Of a stretch of 64,000 bases of DNA, positions 29,285-39,816 are shown piece after piece. The notes beneath the pieces were generated by a model that did not search any database, was not told the origin of the DNA, and saw only the letters and a list, made by a program, of their open reading frames with translations. Numbering within the stretch: the stretch's first letter is position 1; every line of letters begins with the position of its first letter. The DNA lies in contig OZ244981.1 in the NCBI GenBank assembly GCA_965223085.1, positions 577,161 through 641,160 on the forward strand, given 5' to 3'. This DNA is from Gammaproteobacteria bacterium (GTDB lineage Bacteria > Pseudomonadota > Gammaproteobacteria > Ga0077536). A program made the position numbers and the translations under genes.

Positions 29285-30904
29285 ATGAATAACCTAGCTC
29301 GTTACACACCGAAGCTCCTGCCGTGGTTAGCTGTGACGCTATCTTTAACCGCCATGCATGCATCAACGGCGGCAAACCCGATACTGATCGGTACTGTTAG
29401 TGACGATAGCGGTCCCCGTGCTGGTGCACAGGTCACCGCTAAGCATCATGAATCGCGGATTGAAGTGACTACTTTTAGCGATCCACAAGGCCAGTATTCC
29501 TTATCTCTAGATGCAACAGGCGACTATGACGTTAGAGCCTCATGGTCAACCCAGGCGAGCGACCCCGTGATCGTGACGCTCGCGAACGACGCTCAGCGGC
29601 GATTGCACCTTAATTTGCAAGCAGACCCATACTATTTGGACCGGGTAACGAGCGAACAGTGGCTGTCCTTGCTGCCGGACGGTGCAATGAAACGTGAATT
29701 CATTCTTAACTGCACATCTTGTCACGAGATCGACGCTGATCGCATTCTTGTACACGGTAAACCACGTTCGCGCCAACAATGGGCAACTGCATTCGCGATG
29801 ATGCGCTCCATCGATCAATATAGCCTGATACCGCCCGATTTTAACGATGCTACCTATATTGAATGGCTCACGAAAAACATTACCGAGAAAACTGCGGCCA
29901 CCCTAGCACCGAAAACGCCGGCGAACGTTGATAAGCTCGCTACGATCCGGATCACAGAATATCCGTTACCGGACGCGGGTGAGTTGCCGCATGATTTAGT
30001 CGTGGGTCCCGATGGACGCATTTGGATCACCGCTTTTTTCACTGATGTCATCTGGGCAATGGAACCGACTAGCGGTGATATCGAAACGTACAGCATCCGC
30101 CCGGCTAATGCTGCGGGGTGGGGTCAAGCACGCGCCTTGATTTTCGATGATCAGAGCAATTTGTGGGTCGTTTTAGGCGGCACCCACGAGCTCGTTGCTT
30201 TGAACGTGGCCACTCGCGCCATTAAAACTTACAACATCGGAATGTATGCGCACAGCTTAGCGCGCGACAATAAAGGAAGAATTTGGTTCAACGATTACTT
30301 TGCCGAAAAAGAACGAATTGGGGTACTTGATCCCATCACGGAACAGGTTCGGCACATCGATATCCCCACGGTCGGTTTGACGAAACAAGAGGGTCTACCG
30401 CTACCCTACGGCCTGCAAATCGATAGCAGTGGGCGTCTCTACAGTACCCAAATGGCGGCGAACACCATCGTAATGTATGACACGAATACCGCTGCCACAG
30501 AACTGCTCACAATGCCCACGGATAATACCGGCCCCCGGCGTCCCGCAATCGGTAAGAACGACATGCTGTGGGTACCGGAATGGAATACCGGCCATCTGTC
30601 TAGCTTCAATCCCCATAAACACAGCTTCAAACGTTACCGACTAGCGTCTTCCACGCTCGGCGCCTACGATGCGGAATACGATCGAAGGTCCGGACACATC
30701 TGGGTAAGCGGCGCGCTTGCTTCCAGCATGGTCGTGTTTGATCCAGACAGTGAGTCTGTGTTGGAAATACCGCTGCCCACCAACCCCGGCTATACCCGGC
30801 ATTTAGCGGTCGACCCCAAGACGGGCGATCTGTGGTCGGCCTATTCATCCTTGCCAGCCGCAAAACCTAAAGTGGTGCGCATCGAACGATGTCGTAATTT
30901 GTGA
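29285..30904 (+). CDS. secreted beta-propeller protein with a carboxypeptidase-regulatory-like N-terminal domain and a single CxxCH motif
   Basis: Signal peptide MNNLARYTPKLLPWLAVTLSLTAMHASTAANP. ILIGTVSDDSGPRAGAQVTAKHHESRIEVTTFSDPQGQYSLSL looks like a CarboxypepD_reg-type domain. LNCTSCHE is a c-type heme site, followed by repeated ..G.IW.. blades. Confidence 0.6.
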   Translation: MNNLARYTPKLLPWLAVTLSLTAMHASTAANPILIGTVSDDSGPRAGAQVTAKHHESRIEVTTFSDPQGQYSLSLDATGDYDVRASWSTQASDPVIVTLANDAQRRLHLNLQADPYYLDRVTSEQWLSLLPDGAMKREFILNCTSCHEIDADRILVHGKPRSRQQWATAFAMMRSIDQYSLIPPDFNDATYIEWLTKNITEKTAATLAPKTPANVDKLATIRITEYPLPDAGELPHDLVVGPDGRIWITAFFTDVIWAMEPTSGDIETYSIRPANAAGWGQARALIFDDQSNLWVVLGGTHELVALNVATRAIKTYNIGMYAHSLARDNKGRIWFNDYFAEKERIGVLDPITEQVRHIDIPTVGLTKQEGLPLPYGLQIDSSGRLYSTQMAANTIVMYDTNTAATELLTMPTDNTGPRRPAIGKNDMLWVPEWNTGHLSSFNPHKHSFKRYRLASSTLGAYDAEYDRRSGHIWVSGALASSMVVFDPDSESVLEIPLPTNPGYTRHLAVDPKTGDLWSAYSSLPAAKPKVVRIERCRNL

Positions 30905-31030
30905 ACACCTCAGGTTTCCGTCGGAAATTATTGGGTCGGCCGTTTAGATTTACTATCGATTCCATCTTAGCCATCGCGATATTGAAGCATCGGGGGCTGA
31001 ACGCGGTATCGCCATGTCGTTTGCTCACGA

Positions 31031-32044
31031 TCAATGTTTGAAATGCGGCAACACCTCTTGTCCAATCAGGTCGACCGCCGCGTTGAAATCCGGCCCCAAG
31101 GGATGGCCAAAGGCCACGTGCGTCACGCCCGCCGCGGCCATCGCTTCGATTTGCGGGATCACATCGTCCGGCGTGCCCGCAACGGCATGCTTGCTGACCG
31201 CGAGATCCGATACGTAACTGGCGCCGCGCTCGAAGTCGCCCGCGGCAGCGGCATCGCGGACCCGCTGCACTTCTTTGGTCGGCACGCCAGACACCTCAGT
31301 CATCGGATAAAGATATGGCAAGTAAACGGCGAGCACACGACGTGCGGCCGCGATCGCCGCTTCGCGATCGACCGAAATCGCGGACAAAGGCCCCGCGCAA
31401 ATGCCGCACTCGGTCGGGTCGCGGCCAACGCGTTTCGCACCGATGTCGATGTTCTCGCGCACGATGCGCACATAGTTTGGATCCCACATGCCATCCGACT
31501 TGGTCTCAAACGCGACCTCGCCCGCGAGCTGACACATTTTCGCACCCCAGGTGCCGATAAATATGGGTACGTCGTCGCGATACGGTTTGAAGCGAAAAAA
31601 CAATTCCTCGGTCGCGGTAAAACACTCGCCGTTGAAAGGCGCGCGCTCGCCACGCAGCAACCGGCGTATCAGTTCGATCGCTTCGCGGACCATCGTGATC
31701 GGCTTAGCTTGCTTTTCGATGCCGAGAAACTCAAAAAATGCACCGCGCGCGATACCGAGCACGGCACGGCCCTGTGTCAGCTCGTCCAGCTCCGCCAAAT
31801 TGCCGGCATGGTAGGCGGGGTGCACGACTTGCGGTGTGACGATGCCCGGCCCGATCTCGAGCCGCTCGGTGTGTTCGCCGATCAGCGTCAGAATCGGCCA
31901 GGTCGGCTTGAACATCAGATCGTCGTAGACGTGCAGTGAATCGAAACCGTAACCCTCGATTTTTTGGGCCATGTCGATGTATTGGCGCAGTAGATAGCTG
32001 CCCTGCATGCCGATGCTGAATTTAAGTGCCATGCGTTCGCCCAT
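31031..32044 (-). CDS. LLM-class flavin-dependent oxidoreductase (second copy of the family)
   Basis: MALKFSIGMQGSYLLRQYIDMAQKIEGYGFDSLHVYDD.. luciferase-like TIM barrel. The start could be 32044 or 32032. Confidence 0.75.
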   Translation of the reverse strand: MGERMALKFSIGMQGSYLLRQYIDMAQKIEGYGFDSLHVYDDLMFKPTWPILTLIGEHTERLEIGPGIVTPQVVHPAYHAGNLAELDELTQGRAVLGIARGAFFEFLGIEKQAKPITMVREAIELIRRLLRGERAPFNGECFTATEELFFRFKPYRDDVPIFIGTWGAKMCQLAGEVAFETKSDGMWDPNYVRIVRENIDIGAKRVGRDPTECGICAGPLSAISVDREAAIAAARRVLAVYLPYLYPMTEVSGVPTKEVQRVRDAAAAGDFERGASYVSDLAVSKHAVAGTPDDVIPQIEAMAAAGVTHVAFGHPLGPDFNAAVDLIGQEVLPHFKH

Positions 32045-32402
32045 ACCGCAGTATTTGAATCATTAAAGCGCGCAACGATCCTAGCCTGGTCCGAGCCTGC
32101 AGACCACTGGATTCGGGCGCCGAATTTGACCATGTGGGCACCTGTATGCGCGATTCGCTAATACCAATTCTATAACGCTAAGCCTCGGGTCCGCTTAAAC
32201 GCCCGCGTCTTGCAAGTAACCAGCGTCACGCAATGATGTTCACATGATAAAGTTAACATGGCGATATCCATCGACACATCAGGCTTTGACGCGAGCAAGC
32301 GAGCGGCGAAATCGCCGACGTTTTCTTGCCCAGGACATGGCGGGCTGCGGTCGCCGAGGTGACCTTATCCTGAGAACACGAATCAGCAGGTGTGCGGCGA
32401 GC

Positions 32403-34511
32403 GTGAGGCAATCAACGCAGAAGTTCAGAACGACCTGCCGTGCCTGCGGCCACGGTGGTTGCGGCGTATTCGTTGCCGTCGAGAACGGGCGCGTCACCGC
32501 GGTCAGCGGCGATCGCGAGCATCCGATCAGCAAAGGTTACTGCTGCAAGAAAGCGCATGCGGCGGTTGAGATGCAGTACCATCCGGATCGTTTGAAGTAC
32601 CCCAGGCGACGCGTCGCTGAGCGGGGTGCGGGTAAATGGGAGCGTCTGTGCTGGGATGATGCGCTGACTTATGTGGCTGAGCGACTCAACGCGATCAAGG
32701 CCGAGTCGGGTGCGGAGTCTGTGATTTTCGGTCACGGTACTGGCCGAGATTTCCACCGTTTTGTCTACCGCGTAGCAAATCTCTTTGGCACACCCAACGT
32801 GCTCACGCCCGGGCATATGTGCTACCTGCCGCGCGTTGCTATTTCGAAAGTACTCGGTATGGACATACCAATGGTGGACTACGAGAGTCGACCCAAGTGC
32901 GTGCTGAACTGGGGCAGCAATCACCTAATTTCGAATCCAGACGAAAACAAAGGCATTAACCTGGCGCAGGCCCTCCGCGACGGTGCGAAAATGATCGTCG
33001 TCGATCCGCGTCGCAACCAACTCGCCAGGCGCGCCGATATATTCCTGCAGATTCGGCCAGCCACCGATGTCGTGCTCGCCATGGGCATGATGCGTGTGAT
33101 CGTCGCGGAAGATCTGTACGACCACGAGTTTGTCGACAATCACACGACCGGTTTTCAAGCGTTCTGCGAGCGCCTCGAGAAATTCACCCCGGAGTACGTC
33201 GAGAACATCACCTGGGTGCCGAAAGAGCACATGGTCGAGGCCGCGAGATTGTATGCGACCACCAAACCGGCCGCGCTGCAATGGGGTGTCGGCGTCGAAC
33301 AAAACATCAACTGCGTGGATGCGGATCGGGCACTCATTTACTTGGTTGCGCTGACGGGCAATCTCGACGCGCCCGGTGGGAACGTGATTTTCGGCCTGCC
33401 GCCCGGCCTGCCCCGTGCTGAATTTTCCTTATTCGATCGCCTGCCCGAGGCGCAACGCGCGAAAATGCTCGGCGGCGATCGCTACAGGCTGGGCGCGTTG
33501 ATCAATCGCATCACGCCACACGTTCTCTGGGACGCTATCGAGACCGGTAAACCTTACCCGGTACGCGGTCTGGTCGTGTTTGCCAGCAATACGCTCATGG
33601 CACGCGAAAACGCCGGACGCGTGTACGAGGCGTTAAAAAAACTCGAGTTTCTCGTTACCACCGACATCTTCCCTACGCCAACGACCGAGTTAGCCGACGT
33701 CGTGCTACCGGCGGCGACGTGGTTCGAGCACAACAACATCGCGGATTATTGGAAAGTTCATGGCTATGTGTTTCCGCGGGTGCAGATCGTAGCACCGGAA
33801 GCCGAAGCGCGCGCCGACCATATCATTCTGAACGAGCTCGGTCGAAAACTTAGTTTCGAAGAAGCGTTTTGGGAAAACTACGAAGACTCACTCGACTTCA
33901 TTCTCGAACGCACCGGCATGACGTGGCAAGAGTTCAAGGAAAAACCCTTTCTGCGCACGGCGCCGGAATTCTACAAGTTCAAGCGTAACGGCTTCGCTAC
34001 CGCGTCTGGGAAACTCGATTTCTGGATCCCCCAGTACGCCGAGTGGGGCTACGATCCGCTGCCCGATTTTGTCGAACCCCCCGAGAGCCCGGCGCGGGAG
34101 AAAGAATTTGTCGAGCAATACCCGCTGATCTTGATCACGGGTCACCGGATCTTCAACTTCTTCGGCTCCGAACATCGTCAAACCGGTGGGCTGCGACGTA
34201 CGCACCCCGATCCGCTGATTGAGATCCATTCGCAAACCGCGGCCAAATACGAGATCAACGACGGCGACTGGGTATTCGTCAGCACACCCAGAGGCCGGGT
34301 GAAACTCCGTGCCGAAATCGACGATTCGGTAGACCCACGCGTGGTCAGCGCGGAATTCGGCTGGTGGTTCCCCGAGCGTCGCACGCCCGACTTCGGGTGG
34401 AACGAATCCAACATCAACATGGTCACCGATGACGGCCCCCCATTAGGCCCGGGCATGGGCGCCACCAACTTGAAAGGCCTCATGTGTAGAATCGAGCGCG
34501 TAGCGGCGTAG
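32403..34511 (+). CDS. molybdopterin (Mo-bisPGD) oxidoreductase, DMSO-reductase superfamily, cytoplasmic (no Tat signal)
   Basis: N-terminal 4Fe-4S motif CRACGHGGCGV...GDREHPISKGYCCKKAHA followed by molybdopterin-binding domains, about 700 aa. The start is uncertain: GTG 32403 or ATG 32337. Confidence 0.75.
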   Translation: MRQSTQKFRTTCRACGHGGCGVFVAVENGRVTAVSGDREHPISKGYCCKKAHAAVEMQYHPDRLKYPRRRVAERGAGKWERLCWDDALTYVAERLNAIKAESGAESVIFGHGTGRDFHRFVYRVANLFGTPNVLTPGHMCYLPRVAISKVLGMDIPMVDYESRPKCVLNWGSNHLISNPDENKGINLAQALRDGAKMIVVDPRRNQLARRADIFLQIRPATDVVLAMGMMRVIVAEDLYDHEFVDNHTTGFQAFCERLEKFTPEYVENITWVPKEHMVEAARLYATTKPAALQWGVGVEQNINCVDADRALIYLVALTGNLDAPGGNVIFGLPPGLPRAEFSLFDRLPEAQRAKMLGGDRYRLGALINRITPHVLWDAIETGKPYPVRGLVVFASNTLMARENAGRVYEALKKLEFLVTTDIFPTPTTELADVVLPAATWFEHNNIADYWKVHGYVFPRVQIVAPEAEARADHIILNELGRKLSFEEAFWENYEDSLDFILERTGMTWQEFKEKPFLRTAPEFYKFKRNGFATASGKLDFWIPQYAEWGYDPLPDFVEPPESPAREKEFVEQYPLILITGHRIFNFFGSEHRQTGGLRRTHPDPLIEIHSQTAAKYEINDGDWVFVSTPRGRVKLRAEIDDSVDPRVVSAEFGWWFPERRTPDFGWNESNINMVTDDGPPLGPGMGATNLKGLMCRIERVAA

Positions 34512-34519
34512 GGAGCAAA

Positions 34520-34985
34520 ATGCGCACCATCGGCCAAGTGACCAACAATATCGATACCCTGGATAAAGTGACCGGCGGCCAAGGCTACGTCGTGAACCTC
34601 AAACCACCGGGCATGCTACACGCGTGCTTGGTCCGCAGCCCCTATCCGCACGCACGCCTCGTCAGCATCGACACCGCCGCCGCTGAAGCCTTGCCAGGGG
34701 TAAAGGCCGTGCTGACGCCCGACGAGGTCCAACAAAAATCTACACGCCCGTCTATTTCGTACCGACGCTGACGTCTAGCGTCGTGCAAGATATGCTCGTG
34801 CTGAGCGATCACGTTCGTTACACCGGACAACCCATCGCGGCGGTAGCAGCAACCAGTAGTGAAATCGCGATTCGCGCGCTTGAGCTTATTGAAGTCGAGT
34901 ATGAACAACTCGACACGGTGTTCGACCCGCTCGAAGCGATTAAGGACGGCGCCGTACAGATCCACGCTAGCGCCCGGAAATATTG
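34520..34985 (+). pseudogene. N-terminal fragment of a xanthine-dehydrogenase-family large (CoxL-like) subunit, frameshifted and truncated
   Basis: MRTIGQVTNNIDTLDKVTGGQGYVVNLKPPGMLHACLVRSPYPHARLVSIDTAAAEALPGVKAVLTPDEV is the a/b-hammerhead N-terminus. It continues in another frame (..SDHVRYTGQPIAAVAATS..IEVEYEQLDTVFD..) and then degenerates. Confidence 0.6.
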
Positions 34986-35182
34986 CCAAGAACGCTTCGC
35001 TATCTGTCGGAGACTTGGAAGCCGGTTTTGCTGCCACCTCTCAGCGCGCTTTTCCAGAGTGCAGGTATTTTCACTCCTCCAAAGCGCGCTGTAATGAGCA
35101 GCTGAGCACGACGTTAGATGCTCTCTTCGGCATCGCTCTCCACACTTGATATACCATATAAGCTATATATACTATTTATGGT

Positions 35183-35467
35183 ATGTGGCAGGTACTTGAG
35201 CACCGCCGCGTCGTGAGACGCTTGGCCAAATTGCCTGTCGAGGTCTTAAAACGCTACGAGAAATGGAAAGATATCGTGGTTATTTCCGGGCCGCAGGGGC
35301 TTCGTCTCATTAAAGGTTTTAATGATGAGGCGCTGCGTGGTGAATGGAAAGGTCACCGATCTTCCCGACTGGTGATCCAGTACCGCGTTATTTATGAGAT
35401 CGAAGGTGAGAAATTCGTGGTGAAGGCCATCGACCTCACTGCACATGACTATCGGAGTAAGAGCTAA
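35183..35467 (+). CDS. RelE/ParE-superfamily toxin (HigB-like arrangement, toxin gene first)
   Basis: 94 aa; ..LRGEWKGHRSSRLVIQYRVIYEIEGEKFVVKAIDLTAHDY matches the RelE/StbE core. The stop overlaps the start of the downstream HTH gene (TAATG). Confidence 0.65.
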   Translation: MWQVLEHRRVVRRLAKLPVEVLKRYEKWKDIVVISGPQGLRLIKGFNDEALRGEWKGHRSSRLVIQYRVIYEIEGEKFVVKAIDLTAHDYRSKS

Positions 35468-35727
35468 TGAGCGAATTCCGCAAAGCTAAGCGCATGATTG
35501 AAGTGACGCCGGGCGAATCCGTAAAGATACTTCGTGAGCTGCAGGAATTGAGCCAGAACGAATTGGCAGAGCTAAGCAGCATACCGCAATCGACGATCTC
35601 GGCGATCGAGAACGATCGAGTTCGTTTAGGTGTAGAGCGCTCAAAGGTGCTGGCTAGGGCTTTGAGTTGCCATCCGGCCGTACTGGTTTTCCCTGGCTGG
35701 GATGTTGGCGTTGAGTCGGCCGCCTAA
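35467..35727 (+). CDS. XRE-family HTH antitoxin (HigA-like)
   Basis: ..LRELQELSQNELAELSSIPQSTISAIENDRVRLGVERSKVLARAL.. is a Cro/C1-type HTH. It is translationally coupled to the toxin. Confidence 0.65.
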   Translation: MSEFRKAKRMIEVTPGESVKILRELQELSQNELAELSSIPQSTISAIENDRVRLGVERSKVLARALSCHPAVLVFPGWDVGVESAA

Positions 35728-35824
35728 CCAGCGAATGCAGTGGACCTCCTTACCCGGCGCGGCCTTTGCTTGCGCAAAGGCCGCGCCGGCTTACGTCGGC
35801 CACTGATTCGGGCGTTGGGCGGCG

Positions 35825-36118
35825 GTGGCAGTGCGTTCCGAAGACATCAACGCTGCAATAGAACGACTGCTAGGAACGAGCCACTGGATTACTCGAGCAC
35901 ACCGCGCTGAGGTAGAGGCCGAGTTTCCCGCTGAAGTCATGGAAACGGTGAGGGAGATGCTCGAGTTCTCATGCTCGCCTTCAGAGACCTGGACGACAGC
36001 TTCGTCGCTTTCGGAGGCCGCGAAGCAGATCGAGCCGCGGATCCGATCCAGCTATCCGGCACTTTCCGATCGATCGGTCCAGCTCTTGCTCAGCTATGCC
36101 TGCTTCTCGTGGAGATAA
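35825..36118 (+). CDS. hypothetical protein
   Basis: 97-aa ORF with no recognisable motif. Coding is uncertain. Confidence 0.25.
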   Translation: MAVRSEDINAAIERLLGTSHWITRAHRAEVEAEFPAEVMETVREMLEFSCSPSETWTTASSLSEAAKQIEPRIRSSYPALSDRSVQLLLSYACFSWR

Positions 36119-36338
36119 GCAGTATCCGGCCGTTCTCGAGCGTTCGACCGCCGCCAGGGCGGCGGCGACCAGCGTTGAATCACCAGTGTTGCACTTACTT
36201 CTTGAATCCGCGCGTCATAACAAAACGCTGCAACGGACGCCTTTCCGCAGCCCGTTTTGGGAATGCTTTGCATGATATTCCCAAAACGGTCCACTCCAAG
36301 GCGCCGCCGAGCTTAGCGTTAGATGTCAGGGACACGCT

Positions 36339-36710
36339 ATGACATCGCCTGAAGCTAGCTACTCGGGCGGCTGCAGTTGCGGCGAGGTCCGCTATGGGTT
36401 CGCTGGTGAGCCCGACCAAATCGTGGTGTGCCACTGCCCCGATTGTCGGCGCGCCGTCGGTGCTCAATCCGTCGCGCATGTTTTCGTGGAACTCGATAAG
36501 TATCGACTCACGAAAGGTTCTCCCAAAACGCACAATTCATCGCCAGGCGTTACACGAGCGTTCTGCGGAACCTGGGTACAATGCTGAGTTGGATAGGTGG
36601 CCCTCAGCCAGGTCGAATCGATATTAACGGTGGGTAGCCTCGATAACCCGGAAGGATTCAAGCCCACTAGAGCGGTTTATCGAGAGCATCGTCTTCCGTG
36701 GGCGTCGGAA
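36339..36710 (+). pseudogene. GFA-family (glutathione-dependent formaldehyde-activating / CENP-V-like) protein, C-terminus frameshifted
   Basis: MTSPEASYSGGCSCGEVRYGFAGEPDQIVVCHCPDCRRAVGAQ.. carries the GFA Cys motifs. After ..FCGTW the expected ..MLSWIGGPQPGRIDINGG.. lies in another frame and contains stops. Confidence 0.55.
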
Positions 36711-36747
36711 ATATGATGCAACCTTGATTACATTAGCCGAAATCTCG

Positions 36748-37233
36748 ATGTCTGAAGAAGATAACCCGAATATGAGTACGCCAGTCCTCACGGCCGAGGA
36801 AACTCAAGCGACAATCGTCAATAATCTTCCTCCGATTGATCACCACGACGAAATTGTCGAAGAAGTCGGGCCGAATTCGATCCGACTCAGATTGCCTTTC
36901 AATCCTGCGTTTGTCGGAGCCGAGCCATGGCAAACGGGGAAAGGAAAGGTATTTTCGGGTCCGATGGTAATGGGTTTCGCTGATACAGCTATGTACTGCT
37001 GTGTAATGGTGGCCGTGGCGTATGATGTCATCCCCGTAATGATTAATCTAACTATTTCGTTCGTAGAGCCTGCGCTGGAGGAAGATCTCATCGCCGACGC
37101 CCGCATCGTTCGCCGCGGCGGGCGACTACATTACGTAGCGTGTTGGTTGCGGTCCGAGTCGAAACAATCCCCTTGTGCGCATATCACGTCTACCTACCGT
37201 GTGGCCCAATACAAACATCGAAATCGCGAGTAA
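36748..37233 (+). CDS. PaaI/hotdog-fold thioesterase family protein
   Basis: ..IRLRLPFNPAFVGAEPWQTGKGKVFSGPMVMGFADTAMYCCVMVA...ADARIVRRGGRLHYVA follows the PaaI-like hotdog pattern. Confidence 0.6.
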   Translation: MSEEDNPNMSTPVLTAEETQATIVNNLPPIDHHDEIVEEVGPNSIRLRLPFNPAFVGAEPWQTGKGKVFSGPMVMGFADTAMYCCVMVAVAYDVIPVMINLTISFVEPALEEDLIADARIVRRGGRLHYVACWLRSESKQSPCAHITSTYRVAQYKHRNRE

Positions 37234-37444
37234 CGGGCTGACATCTAACCAGTGCGCGGAGCGGACACTTGACCTGCCCGTCATCAGATATGTTGAGACC
37301 GGATCGGGTTTTCGTTAACGGAGACTCTGGCTCGTCTGACGCCTACTCAGTTTAGTTTCGCTTTCGAAGTCGGTGTCATTGAAAAGTTACCAGCCTGGCG
37401 AGACATGCGGGTACTTAGCGATGTGAACCCAACAGTCCTTGACG

Positions 37445-38007
37445 CTATCGTGACATTTTTTCGTCGAGCAAGGTCAAGATAATTCGCTTGGCCGATTCTG
37501 CTGGTTTCGGAGATCGAGTGATTAAGGTTCGCATCAGGACACCTTCATAAAGCACCCCGATCTGCTCAGTTAGAATCTGACGATCGACGTCGTTAAGTTT
37601 CATTACCTGCTGTCTGAACCACTTCATTATCGCGGTCTTATGATGCTGTGCGGCGACAAACCCTTCGTGTTCAGCATCTCCCGCCAGCTCTATGAGAGTC
37701 CTCGAAAACGGGCATCCGTAGAAAGACTTCACCTTGCTGAACTTAGCGAGCAGGTCGAACACCGCAAGTATTCGCTCTTTAGGTGTGTCGGCCGTCGCCT
37801 CCGCGCCGGCAATTACAGCAGCTAGCGTCGTCTTGTTTCTATCGGCCAGCCATGCCAGGAACAACTCACCCTTCGACCACAGTGCGCATACAACGTCTTT
37901 TTCGTTACACCCGCCACGCTCGCCAGTGCGGCGACTCCAGTCGCAGAGTAACCATCGCGACTGAACAGCTTGTCGGCGGCCCGAAGAATGTTGTCACGAG
38001 CAGACAT
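37445..38007 (-). pseudogene. TetR-family regulator, frameshifted between the HTH and ligand domains near 37865
   Basis: HTH frame: MSARDNILRAADKLFSRDGYSATGVAALASVAGVTKKTLYAH. C-terminal domain in another frame: ..FLAWLADRNKTTLAAVIAGAEATADTPKERILAVFDLLAKF... Confidence 0.55.
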
Positions 38008-38056
38008 GCTTGCATGTATACCAATCGGAATACTTTTCGTCGAAAGGGTTATTGCC

Positions 38057-38967
38057 ATGGTAAATCCCGCGATTATCGATACTCTTTCGTATTCCGGAAT
38101 GGGCGTCCGGGATCTGCGAGCAAACGCAAGAATTGGTAGAGACGGTATAACGCTTTTTGAACATGATTTGGCGTTCGTTCGGTTTCGGTCGGTAACGACG
38201 GCTCCGGGTAAACCGACAATTGTCGTTTTACCAGATAGTCCCGCGACAATCGAAAGCTACGACAATTTTGTTGAAACCGTATCTGCGGATTATAACGTTG
38301 TTTTGCTTGAGATTCCGGGATTTGGGTTTTCGTATCCTAAAGTCCCGGGGGCCTTGGGGTTTGAAGAGACATCACAGATCATAGCAACCGCGATAAGTGA
38401 GCTTCCAAATCGAGACATCATTCTAGTGGGACCTTGCTTCCAAGGTCTAATAGCAATCCGGGTAGCCGAGATAATCCCAAATCATTTACGCGGTATTATC
38501 GTCGCACAATCGGGCGACTTTGCCGCGGAATGTAGTTGGTGCGACAGTATTCCAGACCCAAAGCAACTGCTTCGGCGACCATTCATCGGGCAAATCGAAT
38601 TCCGCGAGGATCGCGAACGGTTAGCTATCGATTGGTGGTCCTCCGTTGCTGCGGGACCATTATTGCCGCTGGAGGATTTCCAATCGGTCGCAAGAGATGT
38701 CATGAGACGCGGTTCTTGCTACGCGCTCGCGACGTTTGTACAAGAGCTGCATTCGTTGAACCCGCCACCGGCGTTGCACACGTCCTTACCCGCTGAAATC
38801 ATGTAGAGGTTAGACGACAGCTCTCACTCGAGCACAGATCGCACTTCAGTCTGCAAGTATCTTTCGAACGCCGGTTATTCCGAACTGCCCAACATCGGAC
38901 ATTTTGTCGAGCTTGAAGCACCTCAAGCAATCATAGCTGCCGCGGATCGTATTTTGCGGGAGTCGTG
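38057..38967 (+). pseudogene. alpha/beta-hydrolase with an in-frame amber codon at 38804-38806, cutting off the C-terminal roughly 53 aa that include the catalytic-His region
   Basis: After ..HTSLPAEIM*, the same frame continues RLDDSS...YSELPNIGHFVELEAPQAIIAAADRILRES*, a typical alpha/beta-hydrolase C-terminus. Confidence 0.55.
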
Positions 38968-38972
38968 AAGAA

Positions 38973-39365
38973 ATGGCCATTCCGGAGGAGTTCGAAACCC
39001 TAGAAAGGCGAAGCCCCCTGACTACGCCGTGGGAGCCGATTTACTGTCAAACGCTCGCCGATCGATTGAAACTCGGCATCATCGTAGATACACAACACAC
39101 GAACTCACGAGGCCTGGTTCACGGCGGCTTAATCGCTGCATTGTCAGACAACGTCATGGGTTGGTCCTGCTCAATGCAATACGAGACACCTCGAAGCTTC
39201 ACACTCAATCTATCCCTCGATTATATGGGCATTGCCAAACAAGGTCAGTGGTTGGAGTTCTCTCCGACCGTTTCAAAGCTCGGCGGTACGGTTTGCTTCG
39301 CCCAATGCTTCGTAACGGCAAATACAACCGCCATCGCCAGGGCCAGCGGCGTCTACAAGTCCTGA
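38973..39365 (+). CDS. PaaI-like hotdog-fold thioesterase (second copy)
   Basis: ..NSRGLVHGGLIAALSDNVMGWSCSMQ...FSPTVSKLGGTVCFAQCFVTAN follows the PaaI/YigI pattern. Confidence 0.55.
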   Translation: MAIPEEFETLERRSPLTTPWEPIYCQTLADRLKLGIIVDTQHTNSRGLVHGGLIAALSDNVMGWSCSMQYETPRSFTLNLSLDYMGIAKQGQWLEFSPTVSKLGGTVCFAQCFVTANTTAIARASGVYKS

Positions 39366-39427
39366 TGGCACGAGCCTTGATCGTACCCCTCAAACCGAGC
39401 CGTCCCGAATGTAGGAAATTGAGCATA

Positions 39428-39800
39428 TCAGGCAGCGTCTCGAGCGAAAACTGCAGGTGGCTTTTTGCCTAGTGAGCGATGCGGCCTGACGTGGTTGTAA
39501 TGCGTCCGCCAACCATCGATTGTTGAACGAGCATCTTCGAGACTGGCGAACCAGTTCAAATCCAGGCAATAGTCTCGGAACTTCCCATTGAAGCTCTCGA
39601 CGAATGCGTTCTGAGCCGGCTTGCCAGGTTGAATGTAGTGGAGCTTTACACCGTCCCGCTTCGCCCAGAAGAACATTGCCTTCGATGTAAACTCTGGGCC
39701 GTTGTCGCAGACAATCATTTTCGGTAGTTGTCGTTTGAGCCCGTCGAGCTCACGTGCCAGCCGTAGCCCGGATATCGAAAAATCAACGATCTGCAAGACG
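39428..39800 (-). pseudogene. C-terminal fragment of an IS3-family OrfB (integrase core)
   Basis: ..[88 protein letters not shown].. is an rve-domain tail. The N-terminal part is absent. Confidence 0.65.
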
Positions 39801-39816
39801 CACTCTCGCGAGTAGT

